Shown: piece by piece, positions 27,660-37,802 of the stretch | Numbering within the stretch: position 1 is the stretch's first letter | Layout: every line of letters begins with the position of its first letter | Assembly (NCBI GenBank): GCA_016186715.1 | Contig: JACPLA010000021.1 | Location: 640 to 64,639 of the forward strand | Origin: Ignavibacteriales bacterium | Lineage (GTDB): Bacteria; Bacteroidota; Ignavibacteria; UBA10030 | Length of the DNA: 64,000 nt | Direction: 5' to 3' | Position numbers and translations under genes: made by a program | Notes under the pieces: model-generated | What the model saw: the letters and a program-made list of their open reading frames with translations, nothing else | Told to the model about the DNA's origin: nothing | The model's database searches: none

Positions 27660-28139
27660 CTAGTGATCTCCCCCCGGTTCATGTACATGGCCATGGTTCA
27701 ACTCTTCTTTTGTGGCCTCACGGACATCCACGACGGTAACATCAAAATTTAGCGTCTTCCCTGCCAGTGGATGATTGGCGTCGACAGTCACGGTCTTTTC
27801 TTTGACCTTCGTCACCGTCACGATATGAGCCCCCTGCTCGCCCTGAGCGCGAAACTGCATTCCCTTTTTGATTTCACCTGCGCCTTCAAACCGGTCGAGC
27901 GGGAGATCCACTATCTTTTCTTCATCCCACTCGCCGTATGCCTCTGCAGGAGGGACTGAAACCTTAACTGAATCGCCCCTTCCCTTCCCGTCCAGCGAAT
28001 TCTCCAGGCCTGGAATGACGTTCCCCTGGCCCTGGATATACGAGAGCGGCTCCTGTCCTTTGGAACTGTCGATAATCGTACCCTTTTCATCCGTGAGGGT
28101 GTAATCAATCGTAACCACTTTGTTTTTGGCGATTGTCAT
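27660..28139 (-). CDS. slyD: FKBP-type peptidyl-prolyl isomerase SlyD
   Basis: PGLE..L.G, PP.EAYG, DANHPLAGKTLNF.V.V..VREAT.EE..HGH. Confidence 0.95.
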   Translation of the reverse strand: MTIAKNKVVTIDYTLTDEKGTIIDSSKGQEPLSYIQGQGNVIPGLENSLDGKGRGDSVKVSVPPAEAYGEWDEEKIVDLPLDRFEGAGEIKKGMQFRAQGEQGAHIVTVTKVKEKTVTVDANHPLAGKTLNFDVTVVDVREATKEELNHGHVHEPGGDH

Positions 28140-28229
28140 GAGTCCTCCGTGTCAACATGCTTGGAACACAGGATGAATTCCTTTTACTCTCCCCGCCCCT
28201 TGATAAGAAACAAAATCCCTTGCAGCGGC

Positions 28230-29018
28230 TCACTTCAGCCGCTCGACGTTCCATCGTTTCATCTCGTCCATCATGGAATAGTCGGTCAGATCGTACTGGA
28301 TCGGCGTGATCGACACATACCGGTTGGTCACCGCCCACTGATCGGCATCTCTGCTGCTGTTGTCGGCTTCCTGCAACGCTCCGGTCAGCCAGTAATATTC
28401 TTTGTTAGCTGGGTCCCGTCGCGCATCAAACGTGTCATCCCACGTCGACTTCCCCTGCCTTGTTACCAATACCCCTTTGATGTCCTGCGGTTTCAGCGGC
28501 GGTACGTTCACATTCAACAGAGTCCCTTTCGGCAGACCGTGGCTTGCCACCACGCGAGTGAGCTTGCGTGCAAATCGAGCAGCGTAGGTGAAGTCGGCTT
28601 TCCCGTACGTCGTCAGGGAGATGGCAAGAGAGGGAATCCCGAGGATCGTCCCTTCGGTCGCCGCAGAAACCGTTCCTGAATAAATAATACTGATTGCAGT
28701 ATTGGAGCCGTGGTTAATGCCGGAGACGATGATATCCGGCTTGCCTTGCAGCAGAGCCCGCACTGCAAGCTTCACGGCATCCGCCGGTGTTCCTTCCACT
28801 GCGTAGCCGAAAAACTTTCCGTTTTTCTGATATTGCCTGACGCGGAGGGGATAATTCATGGTAATGGCGTGACCGACAGCGCTTTGCTGCTTATCCGGAG
28901 CCACGACGGTCACGGTCCCAATCTTGCGCAATTCCTGGACGAGCGCGTAAATCCCCGGTGCATCGATCCCATCGTCATTGGAAACAAGGATGTTGAGTTT
29001 CCTGTCCGGTGCGTTCAT
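28230..29018 (-). CDS. surE: 5'/3'-nucleotidase SurE
   Basis: ILVSNDDGI.APGI, GTPADAV, SGIN.G.N, YSGTV.AA.EG. Confidence 0.96.
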   Translation of the reverse strand: MNAPDRKLNILVSNDDGIDAPGIYALVQELRKIGTVTVVAPDKQQSAVGHAITMNYPLRVRQYQKNGKFFGYAVEGTPADAVKLAVRALLQGKPDIIVSGINHGSNTAISIIYSGTVSAATEGTILGIPSLAISLTTYGKADFTYAARFARKLTRVVASHGLPKGTLLNVNVPPLKPQDIKGVLVTRQGKSTWDDTFDARRDPANKEYYWLTGALQEADNSSRDADQWAVTNRYVSITPIQYDLTDYSMMDEMKRWNVERLK

Positions 29019-29081
29019 ACGCTCAATGTAAGGAAATTTGGAGGGGGATACAACGATTCGACGGGGTCGGGACGAGGGGGG

Positions 29082-29324
29082 AAGCACCAAATCTCAATAA
29101 CCCCCGCCTGCCTTTTGTGATCCTTCCAGGCGGGCAGGAAATCACAAACAAATCCAAAATCGGAAATCACAGAAATTCGAAACGGCGGTGTTTCGATCAT
29201 TCCCAATTTTGGTCATTGGAGCCTTGTTTGAAAATTCCTGCCCGCCTGCAGGAGTCTTGAGTGCCAGGCGGGGTGCTTGAAATTTGGTGCTTAAGACTGG
29301 TGTTTGAGCTTTTGGATTTGGTAC
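29082..29324. repeat. Empty heptamer-unit hairpin with two symmetric 37-nt mini-hairpin inserts
   Basis: AAGCACC AAATCTC...TCGAAAC / GTTTCGA...AAATTTGGTGCTT; inserts at 29102-29138 and 29237-29273. Confidence 0.8.
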
Positions 29325-29337
29325 GGTGAAATTTCCG

Positions 29338-30180
29338 TCATTTCCGAGACACAAGGCTAGTGTAACTCTCGTCTTTCGATGGGAATTTCTTCGACTTGAT
29401 GTCACTCACATACTTCCCCACCGAAGACCGGATCTCCTCGGCAAGATTGGCATAACGCCGGACAAAGCGAGGATGGAAATCTTCGTACAGGCCGAGCATG
29501 TCGGAAACCACAAGAATTTGTCCGTCGGTATGAATCCCTGCCCCAATACCGATCGTCGGAATTGACACCGATTGCGTGACCTTCGCGGCAAGCGTGGCGG
29601 GGATTTTTTCAAGCACGATCGAAAAAACTCCTGCTTCCTCAAGAACACGCGCCTCGGCAATGATTCTCCTTGCCTCTTCTTTTGTAGCCCCGCGCGGCTG
29701 GTAGCCGCCGAAGCTGTGAATGGACTGCGGCGTCAGGCCGAGATGACCCATGACGGGAATTCCGGCCTGCGCGGTCATCCGGATCATTTCTGCAACCCGC
29801 TCCCCTCCTTCCACCTTCACTCCCCCCGCCCCCGTTTCCTTCATGATCCGACCCGCATTCCGAAATCCCTCTTCGGGATTTCCCTGATAGGTCATGAAAG
29901 GCATGTCGACGATGACCAGGGCTCTCCTCACCCCCCTGACGACTGCCTTGGCATGGTAGAGCATGTCTTCGAGCGTCACGGGAAGCGTCGTCTCCTCACC
30001 CTGAAACACCATCGCCAGAGAATCGCCTACGAGAACAATCTCAACGCCTGCCTGATCCAGAAGCTTTGCGGTCACATAATCGTAGGCGGTCAAGCAGGCG
30101 ATCTTGTTTCCTTCCTTCTTCATCGCCATGACCGTCTTGGTCGTAACGCGTTTCACTTGCTGACCTGATTGCTGTGCCAT
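29338..30180 (-). CDS. panB: 3-methyl-2-oxobutanoate hydroxymethyltransferase
   Basis: LTAYD, LVGDSL, VKVEGG, MGHLGLTPQS, PTIGIGAG..TDGQILV. Confidence 0.97.
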   Translation of the reverse strand: MAQQSGQQVKRVTTKTVMAMKKEGNKIACLTAYDYVTAKLLDQAGVEIVLVGDSLAMVFQGEETTLPVTLEDMLYHAKAVVRGVRRALVIVDMPFMTYQGNPEEGFRNAGRIMKETGAGGVKVEGGERVAEMIRMTAQAGIPVMGHLGLTPQSIHSFGGYQPRGATKEEARRIIAEARVLEEAGVFSIVLEKIPATLAAKVTQSVSIPTIGIGAGIHTDGQILVVSDMLGLYEDFHPRFVRRYANLAEEIRSSVGKYVSDIKSKKFPSKDESYTSLVSRK

Positions 30181-30193
30181 CGTCAGTCCGCCC

Positions 30194-30883
30194 TTACGGG
30201 AATCTCGTGAAAATGTATCTGCCACGTGTGCTCACGGTCGAGAGATCCGTAGTACGAGCTTCCAGCTCCTCCTTGACGGTCCTCTTCTGCTGGTCACTGA
30301 GCCGCAGGAACTCTCCGAGACGCCTGTGCTCCCGGCTAAGGAGGATTGACCCGTGCTGCAGCACTGCTTCCCGTCCGTCCTCCCGCGCGTACCGCCTCTG
30401 CGCGCTGCCGACAATCTTCTTTCCATCGATCTTGACTTCATGCCGAGCCGAGCTCACAAAGCACGCAACGGAGGAAGGACTGCGGTACAGTCCGGGAAAA
30501 TTCGGCTGGGATCGTTCGAGGACGGCCCGAACGCCCAGCAAGCGCAACCCGCCGACCAGCGCGCGGCTAATTTCATTGTACACTCCGGCGACGCTTTTCG
30601 AATCTGCCACCATCGCCACGCTGTACGTGAGCTCGTCAGCGTGCAAGATCGCCCTCCCGCCCGTGGGGCGTCGTACCACATCGATGCCCGCACGCGCGGT
30701 TTTTTCCAGTTCGATAGCCTCAAGGGACTGATTCCAACCCAGGGAAACCGCCCACGGGCTCCAGCCGTAGACCCGAACGAAACACTCGTCTCCTCCCGTC
30801 GTGAGGGTCTGAACCAGTTCGCCGTCAACCCTCATGTTTTCCGAACCACTCTGATACCCGGTATTGACGAACTGCCATGCCAT
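30194..30883 (-). CDS. Lipoate-protein ligase/octanoyltransferase family (LipM/LplA-like), C-terminus possibly truncated
   Basis: NM..D, VVRRPTGGRAILH..ELTYS, CF, KIVGSAQ, LQHGS. Confidence 0.85.
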   Translation of the reverse strand: MAWQFVNTGYQSGSENMRVDGELVQTLTTGGDECFVRVYGWSPWAVSLGWNQSLEAIELEKTARAGIDVVRRPTGGRAILHADELTYSVAMVADSKSVAGVYNEISRALVGGLRLLGVRAVLERSQPNFPGLYRSPSSVACFVSSARHEVKIDGKKIVGSAQRRYAREDGREAVLQHGSILLSREHRRLGEFLRLSDQQKRTVKEELEARTTDLSTVSTRGRYIFTRFP

Positions 30884-31680
30884 TAGTCGCGATGACGACT
30901 GATCCCTGGAATGATTCCGCGTTTGCTGGCCGCAATAAACTCGAGAATTTGTTGAACGGGCGGAATCATCTCGACATCGGATTTCACCCGCTCAACGGCT
31001 TGTGAGACGTTGAGATTCGACTTATAGAGAATTCGATAGGTATGGTCGATCAGCGTAATCGACTTGTCATCGAAGCCTCTTCTTCTTAAGCCAACCAAAT
31101 TCAGCCGCTCAAATGCCAGCGGATCCTGACCGGCAAGAACAAACGGTGGAACATCTTTCGAAACTCTGAACCCTCCGCCGATCATCGCATGATCTCCAAC
31201 TCTTACGAATTGGTGCACCGGCGTCAATCCCCCAATAATCACCCAATTTCCGAGCTCTACATGGCCCCCAAGTGCGACGCAATTTGCAAGAATGACCTTG
31301 TCACCAAGGTGGCAATCGTGAGCCACATGCGTATAGGCCATGAGCAGGCAATGACTCCCAACCCTCGTGATCCCGCTTTCTGCTGTTGCACGATTGAGCG
31401 TGGCAAACTCCCGAACCACAGTTCTTTCCCCCACCTCCAGATAGGTCTTTTCCCCTTTGTACTTCAGATCCTGCGGGGGACCTGCGATCGAGGCTCCGTT
31501 GAAGATCTTGCACTCCTTGCCGATTCTGGCGCCGTCATAGATCATAGCGTGGGAGCCCACCCACGTGCTGTCGCCGATGACAACGTCATCCTGAATAACG
31601 ACGAAAGGACCGATGATGACGCCCTCGCCAATCTCCGCTCGGGTACTCACAACGGCGCGGGGATCGATCTGCCTGCTCAT
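30883..31680 (-). CDS. lpxA: UDP-N-acetylglucosamine O-acyltransferase
   Basis: Hexapeptide repeats, PQDLKY.GE, HVAHDC, HQF. Confidence 0.97.
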   Translation of the reverse strand: MSRQIDPRAVVSTRAEIGEGVIIGPFVVIQDDVVIGDSTWVGSHAMIYDGARIGKECKIFNGASIAGPPQDLKYKGEKTYLEVGERTVVREFATLNRATAESGITRVGSHCLLMAYTHVAHDCHLGDKVILANCVALGGHVELGNWVIIGGLTPVHQFVRVGDHAMIGGGFRVSKDVPPFVLAGQDPLAFERLNLVGLRRRGFDDKSITLIDHTYRILYKSNLNVSQAVERVKSDVEMIPPVQQILEFIAASKRGIIPGISRHRD

Positions 31681-31695
31681 GAAATCGAAGTTGGG

Positions 31696-33144
31696 TTAGT
31701 TCACTCTGGAGAGATCGGGCTTCTGTTCGGGTTCCCTTGCCGCGGAATCCTGCCGGTCGACAATGGCCGCCGTGAAATCGCCCTCGGCAACCAGGCCTCC
31801 GTCAACGAAGGCCTTCCCCCGCACCTGAATGATCCTGGAACGCCGGCTGACCATTTCGACATCCAGGATCAGTTGGTCGCCGGGAATGACGGGTTTGCGG
31901 AACTTCACGTTGTTGATGGCCATGAAGTAGACAAGCTTGTTTCCGGGATTCTCAATCCCGTTCAGCAGCAAAACTCCGCCCGCCTGAGCAAGGGCTTCAA
32001 TGATCAGCACCCCGGGCATGACCGGCTGACCGGGAAAGTGCCCCTGGAAGAAAAATTCGCTCAAGGTCACACTCTTCACACCCACGACCCGCTTGTCCAT
32101 TTCGAAATCGATGATCTTGTCCACCAACAGGAAAGGGTAGCGGTGCGGAAGAATCCGCTGGATTGCATTCGTATCGAACACAATCCCTTCTTTCTTCTCG
32201 TGCTGGTATTTGCGAACGAGCTTCTTTTGCTGATACAGCTTTCGTACTTTCTTCGCAAATTCGACGTTGCTGGCGTGTCCCGGCCGCGCAGCCAGAATCT
32301 GGGCTCTCAGAGGCGCGCCGATCAGCGCCAAATCACCCATCAGATCGAGAAGCTTGTGGCGAGCAGGCTCGTTCCGATAATGAAGCTTCTTGTTATTCAG
32401 GGTCCCCGTGGTTCCAAGAATGACGGAATGGTCGATTCCGAGCTTGTGAGCGAGAGTTTTCAGATTTTCGGTTGAAATTTCACGATCGACGATGACGATC
32501 GCATTGTCCAGATTTCCACCTTTGATCAATCCCTGTGCGCGCAACGCTTCCACTTCGTGCAGAAAGCAAAACGTACGAGCAGACGAAAACTCCGACACAA
32601 ACTCTTTTTCCAGATTGAATAACCCCGTATGCTGACTCCCGAGGGCCGGATTGTTGTAGTCAATGACGACGGAAACGCGAAAATCATCCGTCGGGAGGGC
32701 GACAATGTCCACTCCCTTCTCTTCGTTCTGGTAGTGGATGGTTTGATCGATCACCAGATAATCTTTCGGCGCTTCCAATTCGTCAAAGCCCGCCTGTGTG
32801 AGCATTTCTACAAAAGGTTTGGCGCTCCCGTCGGCGATGGGAGGCTCAATATTGTCCAACTCGATAATGAGGTTGTCCACCTGCATCCCGACAACGGCAG
32901 CAAGAACGTGCTCGGTCGTGTGGACGCGGGCTTCGCCGACAGCCAGTGTCGTTCCCCGCGCGACATCGACCACATGATCAACGTCCGCCGGAATTTCCGG
33001 AGTTCCTCCCAAATCGACGCGACGAAACCGGATGCCGAAGCTCTCCGGCGCCGGTTTCAGCGTCATCCTTGTGGTGACGCCGGTATGAAGCCCGACCCCA
33101 TTCATCGAAACGGGCTTTTTGATCGTCCGCTGATGTACAAGCAT
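31696..33144 (-). CDS. lpxC-fabZ: Bifunctional LpxC deacetylase / FabZ dehydratase
   Basis: GLHTG, TTEHVLAA, ARTF, RHKLLD..GD; LPHRYPFLLVD, GHFP..PVMPGVL..EA. Confidence 0.97.
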   Translation of the reverse strand: MLVHQRTIKKPVSMNGVGLHTGVTTRMTLKPAPESFGIRFRRVDLGGTPEIPADVDHVVDVARGTTLAVGEARVHTTEHVLAAVVGMQVDNLIIELDNIEPPIADGSAKPFVEMLTQAGFDELEAPKDYLVIDQTIHYQNEEKGVDIVALPTDDFRVSVVIDYNNPALGSQHTGLFNLEKEFVSEFSSARTFCFLHEVEALRAQGLIKGGNLDNAIVIVDREISTENLKTLAHKLGIDHSVILGTTGTLNNKKLHYRNEPARHKLLDLMGDLALIGAPLRAQILAARPGHASNVEFAKKVRKLYQQKKLVRKYQHEKKEGIVFDTNAIQRILPHRYPFLLVDKIIDFEMDKRVVGVKSVTLSEFFFQGHFPGQPVMPGVLIIEALAQAGGVLLLNGIENPGNKLVYFMAINNVKFRKPVIPGDQLILDVEMVSRRSRIIQVRGKAFVDGGLVAEGDFTAAIVDRQDSAAREPEQKPDLSRVN

Positions 33145-33156
33145 ATCAACCTCGTG

Positions 33157-34215
33157 TTATGATTTCGATTCCAACTTGACGAGCAATTTTTCGACTTTCG
33201 TCTGAAGGTCCTTGAGATCATGTGCCAGTTCCGGGAGGGAACGTATCGTCGCTTCGATCCGCATCGCTTTACCCCGTTCCTTCGCCGGGTTCCCAAAGTA
33301 TGTCTTCCCGGGATCCTTGATGGACTTGGAAATACCCGATTGGGCGTAGATCACCGTTTTGTCTGCGATCTCGATATGCCCTACAAATCCAACCTGTCCG
33401 GCGACCATGACATTCTTCCCGATCTTCGTGCTCCCGCTGATTCCGGTCTGCGCCGCAATCACCGTATTCTCTCCAATGGTGACATTATGAGCCACCTGAA
33501 TGAGATTGTCGAGTTTGACCCCTTTCTTGATAAGGGTCTCCCCCAGTGTGGCCCTGTCCACTGAACAATTCGATCCAATCTCAACGTCGTCCTCGATCAC
33601 CACAATACCAAGCTGAGGAATTTTCTCAAAACTCCCCTCTCCGGTAGGGGCAAAGCCGAAACCGTCGCTTCCAATCACCGTTCCTGAATGAATGGTCACT
33701 CGGTTTCCGATCCGGCACTGATGAGAGACCGTCACGTTCGGATAGAGCAGACAATCGGTTCCAACTTCTGCCCGCGTTCCGATGACGCACGCATCGCCGA
33801 TCCGCGTGTTGTTCCCGATGATTGCTCCGTCTCCGACGACGACCAGTGCCCCGACGCCAACGTTGGTTCCCAAGGTCGCGGTCGGAGAAATAACGGCCGA
33901 GGGGTGCACCCCCTTGTAAAAGGGATCAACAGCGGGGGTCAGACGTTTGAGAACGTGAAGGAATGCGACATACGGGTCATCGACCTTGATGAGTGTCAGG
34001 GACTTCGGAGCGCCTGCCTTTTGCGGATCGAACGACCGTGAGACAAGGACCGCCGAGGCCTTTGTCGTGGCAATGTGTTTTTCGTACTTGGGATTCGCAA
34101 GGAAGGTCAGCCCCAAGGGTCCCGCTTCTTCAATCTTCGCAACCTTTGTAATATCAACAGTTCCGTCACCGACAACTTCTCCCTTCAGCCAGGCGGCAAT
34201 CTCGGAGACTTTCAT
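33157..34215 (-). CDS. lpxD: UDP-3-O-acylglucosamine N-acyltransferase
   Basis: FLANPKY, GSDGFGF, KIPQ.G.V, DNL.QVAHNV. Confidence 0.97.
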   Translation of the reverse strand: MKVSEIAAWLKGEVVGDGTVDITKVAKIEEAGPLGLTFLANPKYEKHIATTKASAVLVSRSFDPQKAGAPKSLTLIKVDDPYVAFLHVLKRLTPAVDPFYKGVHPSAVISPTATLGTNVGVGALVVVGDGAIIGNNTRIGDACVIGTRAEVGTDCLLYPNVTVSHQCRIGNRVTIHSGTVIGSDGFGFAPTGEGSFEKIPQLGIVVIEDDVEIGSNCSVDRATLGETLIKKGVKLDNLIQVAHNVTIGENTVIAAQTGISGSTKIGKNVMVAGQVGFVGHIEIADKTVIYAQSGISKSIKDPGKTYFGNPAKERGKAMRIEATIRSLPELAHDLKDLQTKVEKLLVKLESKS

Positions 34216-34222
34216 GGGTCGG

Positions 34223-34759
34223 TCAGTTTTGTCTTTGGCCGGGAGCCATCGTGGTCAGCCGTCCCAGGACTTTTTGAGTCAGATCATACTCTTCATTTGT
34301 GTACATCATCAGGATCTCGCCGCTCTTATCCAGAACATAGTCGTACCCCTCTTCCTTTGCAACGTCCTGAATGGCCTTGAACACCCGGTCTTGAACGGGC
34401 TTCATGAGTTCATTCTGTTTCTGGAACAACTCCCCGTTCTGGCCGAATTTCTGGGCGCGAAAATTCGCGATTCTCTGATCAAGATCACGAAGTCCTTTCT
34501 CCGTTTCCGCCCGCCGGGCGTCGGTCATGATGAGCTTTTTCTTATCATAGTCCGCGAATTTGTCCTCCCACTCCTTCTGAAGATTGTTCAGCTCCTGCTG
34601 CCATTCCACCACGAGCGCGTCAAGTTGCTTCTGGGCATCCTGGGCATCCGGTAGTTGCTTCATGATAGCATCGGTACTGATGTGCCCAATCTTTTGTTGC
34701 GCAGCCGCGGCAACCGGAGTCAGCACCGCCAGCAGCAAACATGGAAAAATCCGGTTCAT
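34223..34759 (-). CDS. OmpH/Skp chaperone
   Basis: Signal peptide, KIG...D.I, coiled coil, FG..GEL, YD.VLDK. Confidence 0.92.
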   Translation of the reverse strand: MNRIFPCLLLAVLTPVAAAAQQKIGHISTDAIMKQLPDAQDAQKQLDALVVEWQQELNNLQKEWEDKFADYDKKKLIMTDARRAETEKGLRDLDQRIANFRAQKFGQNGELFQKQNELMKPVQDRVFKAIQDVAKEEGYDYVLDKSGEILMMYTNEEYDLTQKVLGRLTTMAPGQRQN

Positions 34760-34795
34760 ACAGTTTCCTTCAAGGGGGTGTACACGCCGCCGCGC

Positions 34796-35344
34796 CTACT
34801 TAGACGACTTCGTGTCTCCGCGTTTCAACCGATCCAGAACTTTGTACGTCAGGTCGTATTTCGTCTCCGCATAGAGGAGGCCGATTTCATTGGCCTTGTC
34901 AAAGACAAAACTGAAACCCTCTTCTTTGGCAACGGCCTCAATATTCTTGAGGATTTTTTCCCGGATAGGCGCGAGTTTCTTGTCGCGCAGCTGCTGAGCC
35001 TCTCCGTTCTGTCCGAATTTTTGAACCTGGTAGTCGCGGGCCCGTTGCTGCATGTCGGCGAGCCTCCGCTGTTCTTCTTCCCGTTTGGCGGGGGCCAGCA
35101 CGGCTTCCTTCTTCTGGTAATCTTCGACCGACTTCTGAAACTCATCCGACATCTTCTGCAGCTCCTCTTGCCACCCCTTGAACACGGCTTCCAGTTCTTT
35201 CTGCGCTCCCTGTGCCTCCGGAAGATCATTGATGATCTTCTCGGAATCGACAAACGCTAGGCGCGGTACCTGGGCAAAGGCAGACGACGCAAAAAGCAGA
35301 AGTCCGAAGACCATAACACCGTTTGTTGTCACGGTATCCCTCAT
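34796..35344 (-). CDS. OmpH/Skp chaperone (second paralog)
   Basis: AFVDSE.I...LPE, coiled coil, V..E.G...VFDK, DLT..VL. Confidence 0.92.
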   Translation of the reverse strand: MRDTVTTNGVMVFGLLLFASSAFAQVPRLAFVDSEKIINDLPEAQGAQKELEAVFKGWQEELQKMSDEFQKSVEDYQKKEAVLAPAKREEEQRRLADMQQRARDYQVQKFGQNGEAQQLRDKKLAPIREKILKNIEAVAKEEGFSFVFDKANEIGLLYAETKYDLTYKVLDRLKRGDTKSSK

Positions 35345-35414
35345 GTGTTAATGAATGATAAACAATTTGGATTGAAGAGCACGATGGCTTCCAAGCCTCC
35401 CGTCGTTCGCTTTC

Positions 35415-37802
35415 TTAAAATGTCCTTCCAAACTGGAAGTGGAACCTCCATCCCGACGGCTCCTGCTTCGGAAACAGACCGTCAAAACCGTAGCCGTAAT
35501 CAAAACCGATCAGACCGATGGGATTGATCAGCAGCCTCACACCCACCCCGGCCGAACGTTTGAGATCAAGGGGGTTCATCGTTTTCGGCTCGGCCCACAC
35601 GTTGCCGGCCTCGGCGAATAAGAGCGTGTAAATTGGAATCGGATTCAGAGCAAGCGCAAAGCGGAGTTCTGCCGAGTGTTTGATCAACCCCTTCCCTCCA
35701 AGGATCCCGCCGGTTGAATTCAAAGAGGTCTGCCTTCGGGGACCAACGCCGCGGTCATCGTACCCTCGCAACGGCGTAGTGGAAAACTGCCCCAGTCCCG
35801 TTCCACCCATATAGAAGAAATCCTGAATCGGAATAAACGCGTCCCTTTCGAATCCGAACAGAAACCCGTAGGTGGTCGAAAGTGCAATTGCCACGCGCGT
35901 GCTGTTCAGGACAGGGATGTACCAGTCGGCATTAAAGACATGCTTGTGGTAGTTCGCCGTGCCCGGGAGAAACGGGCCGCCGGAAATTTCCGTCAGCAGA
36001 GAGAGACTGGAGCCGCGCGAAGGAAAGATGGGACTGTCCGTACTATTCCGGCTAATGACCTGCGAAATTCCCATTTGCGTCGAGGTTCCCGCAGCGTAGA
36101 AATCTCCGCCGGCATTCACGACGTTCCGCTGGTAGCGCAGCGTCCAATCTCCGCGAAAGAGATTGTCCGGCCATTTCAGTCTGCGTCCCACCCGTATCGA
36201 CCCGCCCGTAATCTGGTAATCGTAATCAAAATAGATCACCCGTGTGTCGAAAAGATTGACCCCCACCAAAGTCGGGGTGTCAAACAACCACGGTTCGGTA
36301 AAGCCGATCGTAAACGTCCGGTACCGGTTCCCTTCGCCGAACTGCCATTCGAAATTCAGAACCTGGCCCGCTCCCCCCCGAAGCGGTTCGGTGATGGAGA
36401 AGTTATTGAACGTGAGCCCAAGGCCGCCGTTAAAACCGAACGCTCCGCTGTACCCCACCGACATGTTAAACGTATCGCTGGACTTTTCCTCGACCGCGTA
36501 TTCAACATCCACGCTGTTCTCTGCCGGATGGATGCGGGTATCCGGTTTGATTTTTTCCGGATTGAAGTAATTCAGCTGCGCCAGCTGACGGACGCTTGAA
36601 AGAATCGCTTGGCGACTGAAATAATCGCCCGGCCGGGTATACAGCTCCCGGCGAATCACTTTCTCGTACGTCTTGGTGTTCCCCGTGATAAGGACCCGGC
36701 CGATCCGGAATTTCTCCCTCTCACGCAGCCTGATCACAATGTCAAGGCTGTCATCGGCAACGCGAACCTCTTCAGGCTCGGCCTGGAACAACAAATACCC
36801 CGTGTCATAATACAGCGACCCAACGTCCGATTCCGATTCGTTGCGATACAGGTTTTCCTCGAATCGACGCTTATCGTAGATATCCCCTTTCTTGAACCCA
36901 AGCCGATCGTTGAGGATCTCGGTCGGATAAACGGCATTCCCTTCCCAAACAACATTCCTGACCTTGTATTGGGGACCCTCGTACACGTACACGTTGACCG
37001 TTAGCCGTTCTTTCTTGTCGTCGTACTTCAAAGAATCTGCGAGTATTTCCGCATCGCGAAACCCGTTCTTCCGATAGAAGTCCAGAAGGAGCTGCTTATC
37101 CTTTTCGTACCCCTTCGGCTTGAATTTCCGGCCCACCCAAAACTGCCACCAGGCGGGATCGTTTGTCTCGTCAAACGTACCTTTGAGGTCGCCGTCGTCA
37201 AAATGTTTGTTCCCGAAAAAGTGGATGGATTCGACTTTGACGACCGATCCCTCATCGATCGTCAAACGAAGGACGACGCGGCGGGACGTGGTATCTTCAG
37301 GCTGCTCCAGTTTTGTTTCAATCCGTGCGTTGAGATACCCCTCTTTTTCATATTCTGCCTTGAGGATTCGCTTGATCGAAGACAACCCCTGAGGCGTCAC
37401 CAGCTGACCCTTCGTCAGGCTGATTTTCTTTTGGATGTCGTCCTCATCCAGCTCGTCGTTTCCTTCGATAACCACGCGCTCAAGCCGCGGGTTCTCCTTG
37501 ACCCTGATGAGCAGGTAGACACCGTTCTGTACGCGGTTTTCGATCAGGATCTGTACATCGGAAAACAGGCGAAGCTGGTGAAGTCTCTGAATGGCCGTGC
37601 GAGTTTCGTCCCCCGGAACTGTAATCTCTGTCCCAACCTGGAGTCCCGTATTGGCAATAATGGCCTGAGGTTCCGCCGATGTCTGTCCCTCGACAGTGAT
37701 TCCGAGGATCCTGTAGACCTCAGGTTTTTGCTGGGCAAACAACGGTGGAAAAACTGCGAAGGCGAAAATAACGAGGCCGACAACCCTACAATTTCGAGAC
37801 AC
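35415..37802 (-). CDS. bamA: Outer membrane protein assembly factor BamA
   Basis: POTRA repeats (GN.KT...VIRREL), LRGY, C-terminal FHFQFG..F. Confidence 0.96.
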   Translation of the reverse strand: MSRNCRVVGLVIFAFAVFPPLFAQQKPEVYRILGITVEGQTSAEPQAIIANTGLQVGTEITVPGDETRTAIQRLHQLRLFSDVQILIENRVQNGVYLLIRVKENPRLERVVIEGNDELDEDDIQKKISLTKGQLVTPQGLSSIKRILKAEYEKEGYLNARIETKLEQPEDTTSRRVVLRLTIDEGSVVKVESIHFFGNKHFDDGDLKGTFDETNDPAWWQFWVGRKFKPKGYEKDKQLLLDFYRKNGFRDAEILADSLKYDDKKERLTVNVYVYEGPQYKVRNVVWEGNAVYPTEILNDRLGFKKGDIYDKRRFEENLYRNESESDVGSLYYDTGYLLFQAEPEEVRVADDSLDIVIRLREREKFRIGRVLITGNTKTYEKVIRRELYTRPGDYFSRQAILSSVRQLAQLNYFNPEKIKPDTRIHPAENSVDVEYAVEEKSSDTFNMSVGYSGAFGFNGGLGLTFNNFSITEPLRGGAGQVLNFEWQFGEGNRYRTFTIGFTEPWLFDTPTLVGVNLFDTRVIYFDYDYQITGGSIRVGRRLKWPDNLFRGDWTLRYQRNVVNAGGDFYAAGTSTQMGISQVISRNSTDSPIFPSRGSSLSLLTEISGGPFLPGTANYHKHVFNADWYIPVLNSTRVAIALSTTYGFLFGFERDAFIPIQDFFYMGGTGLGQFSTTPLRGYDDRGVGPRRQTSLNSTGGILGGKGLIKHSAELRFALALNPIPIYTLLFAEAGNVWAEPKTMNPLDLKRSAGVGVRLLINPIGLIGFDYGYGFDGLFPKQEPSGWRFHFQFGRTF

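Noticed and set aside
31189..32475. 428-aa + strand ORF
   Set aside because: Antisense to lpxA and lpxC-fabZ; codon-bias artefact
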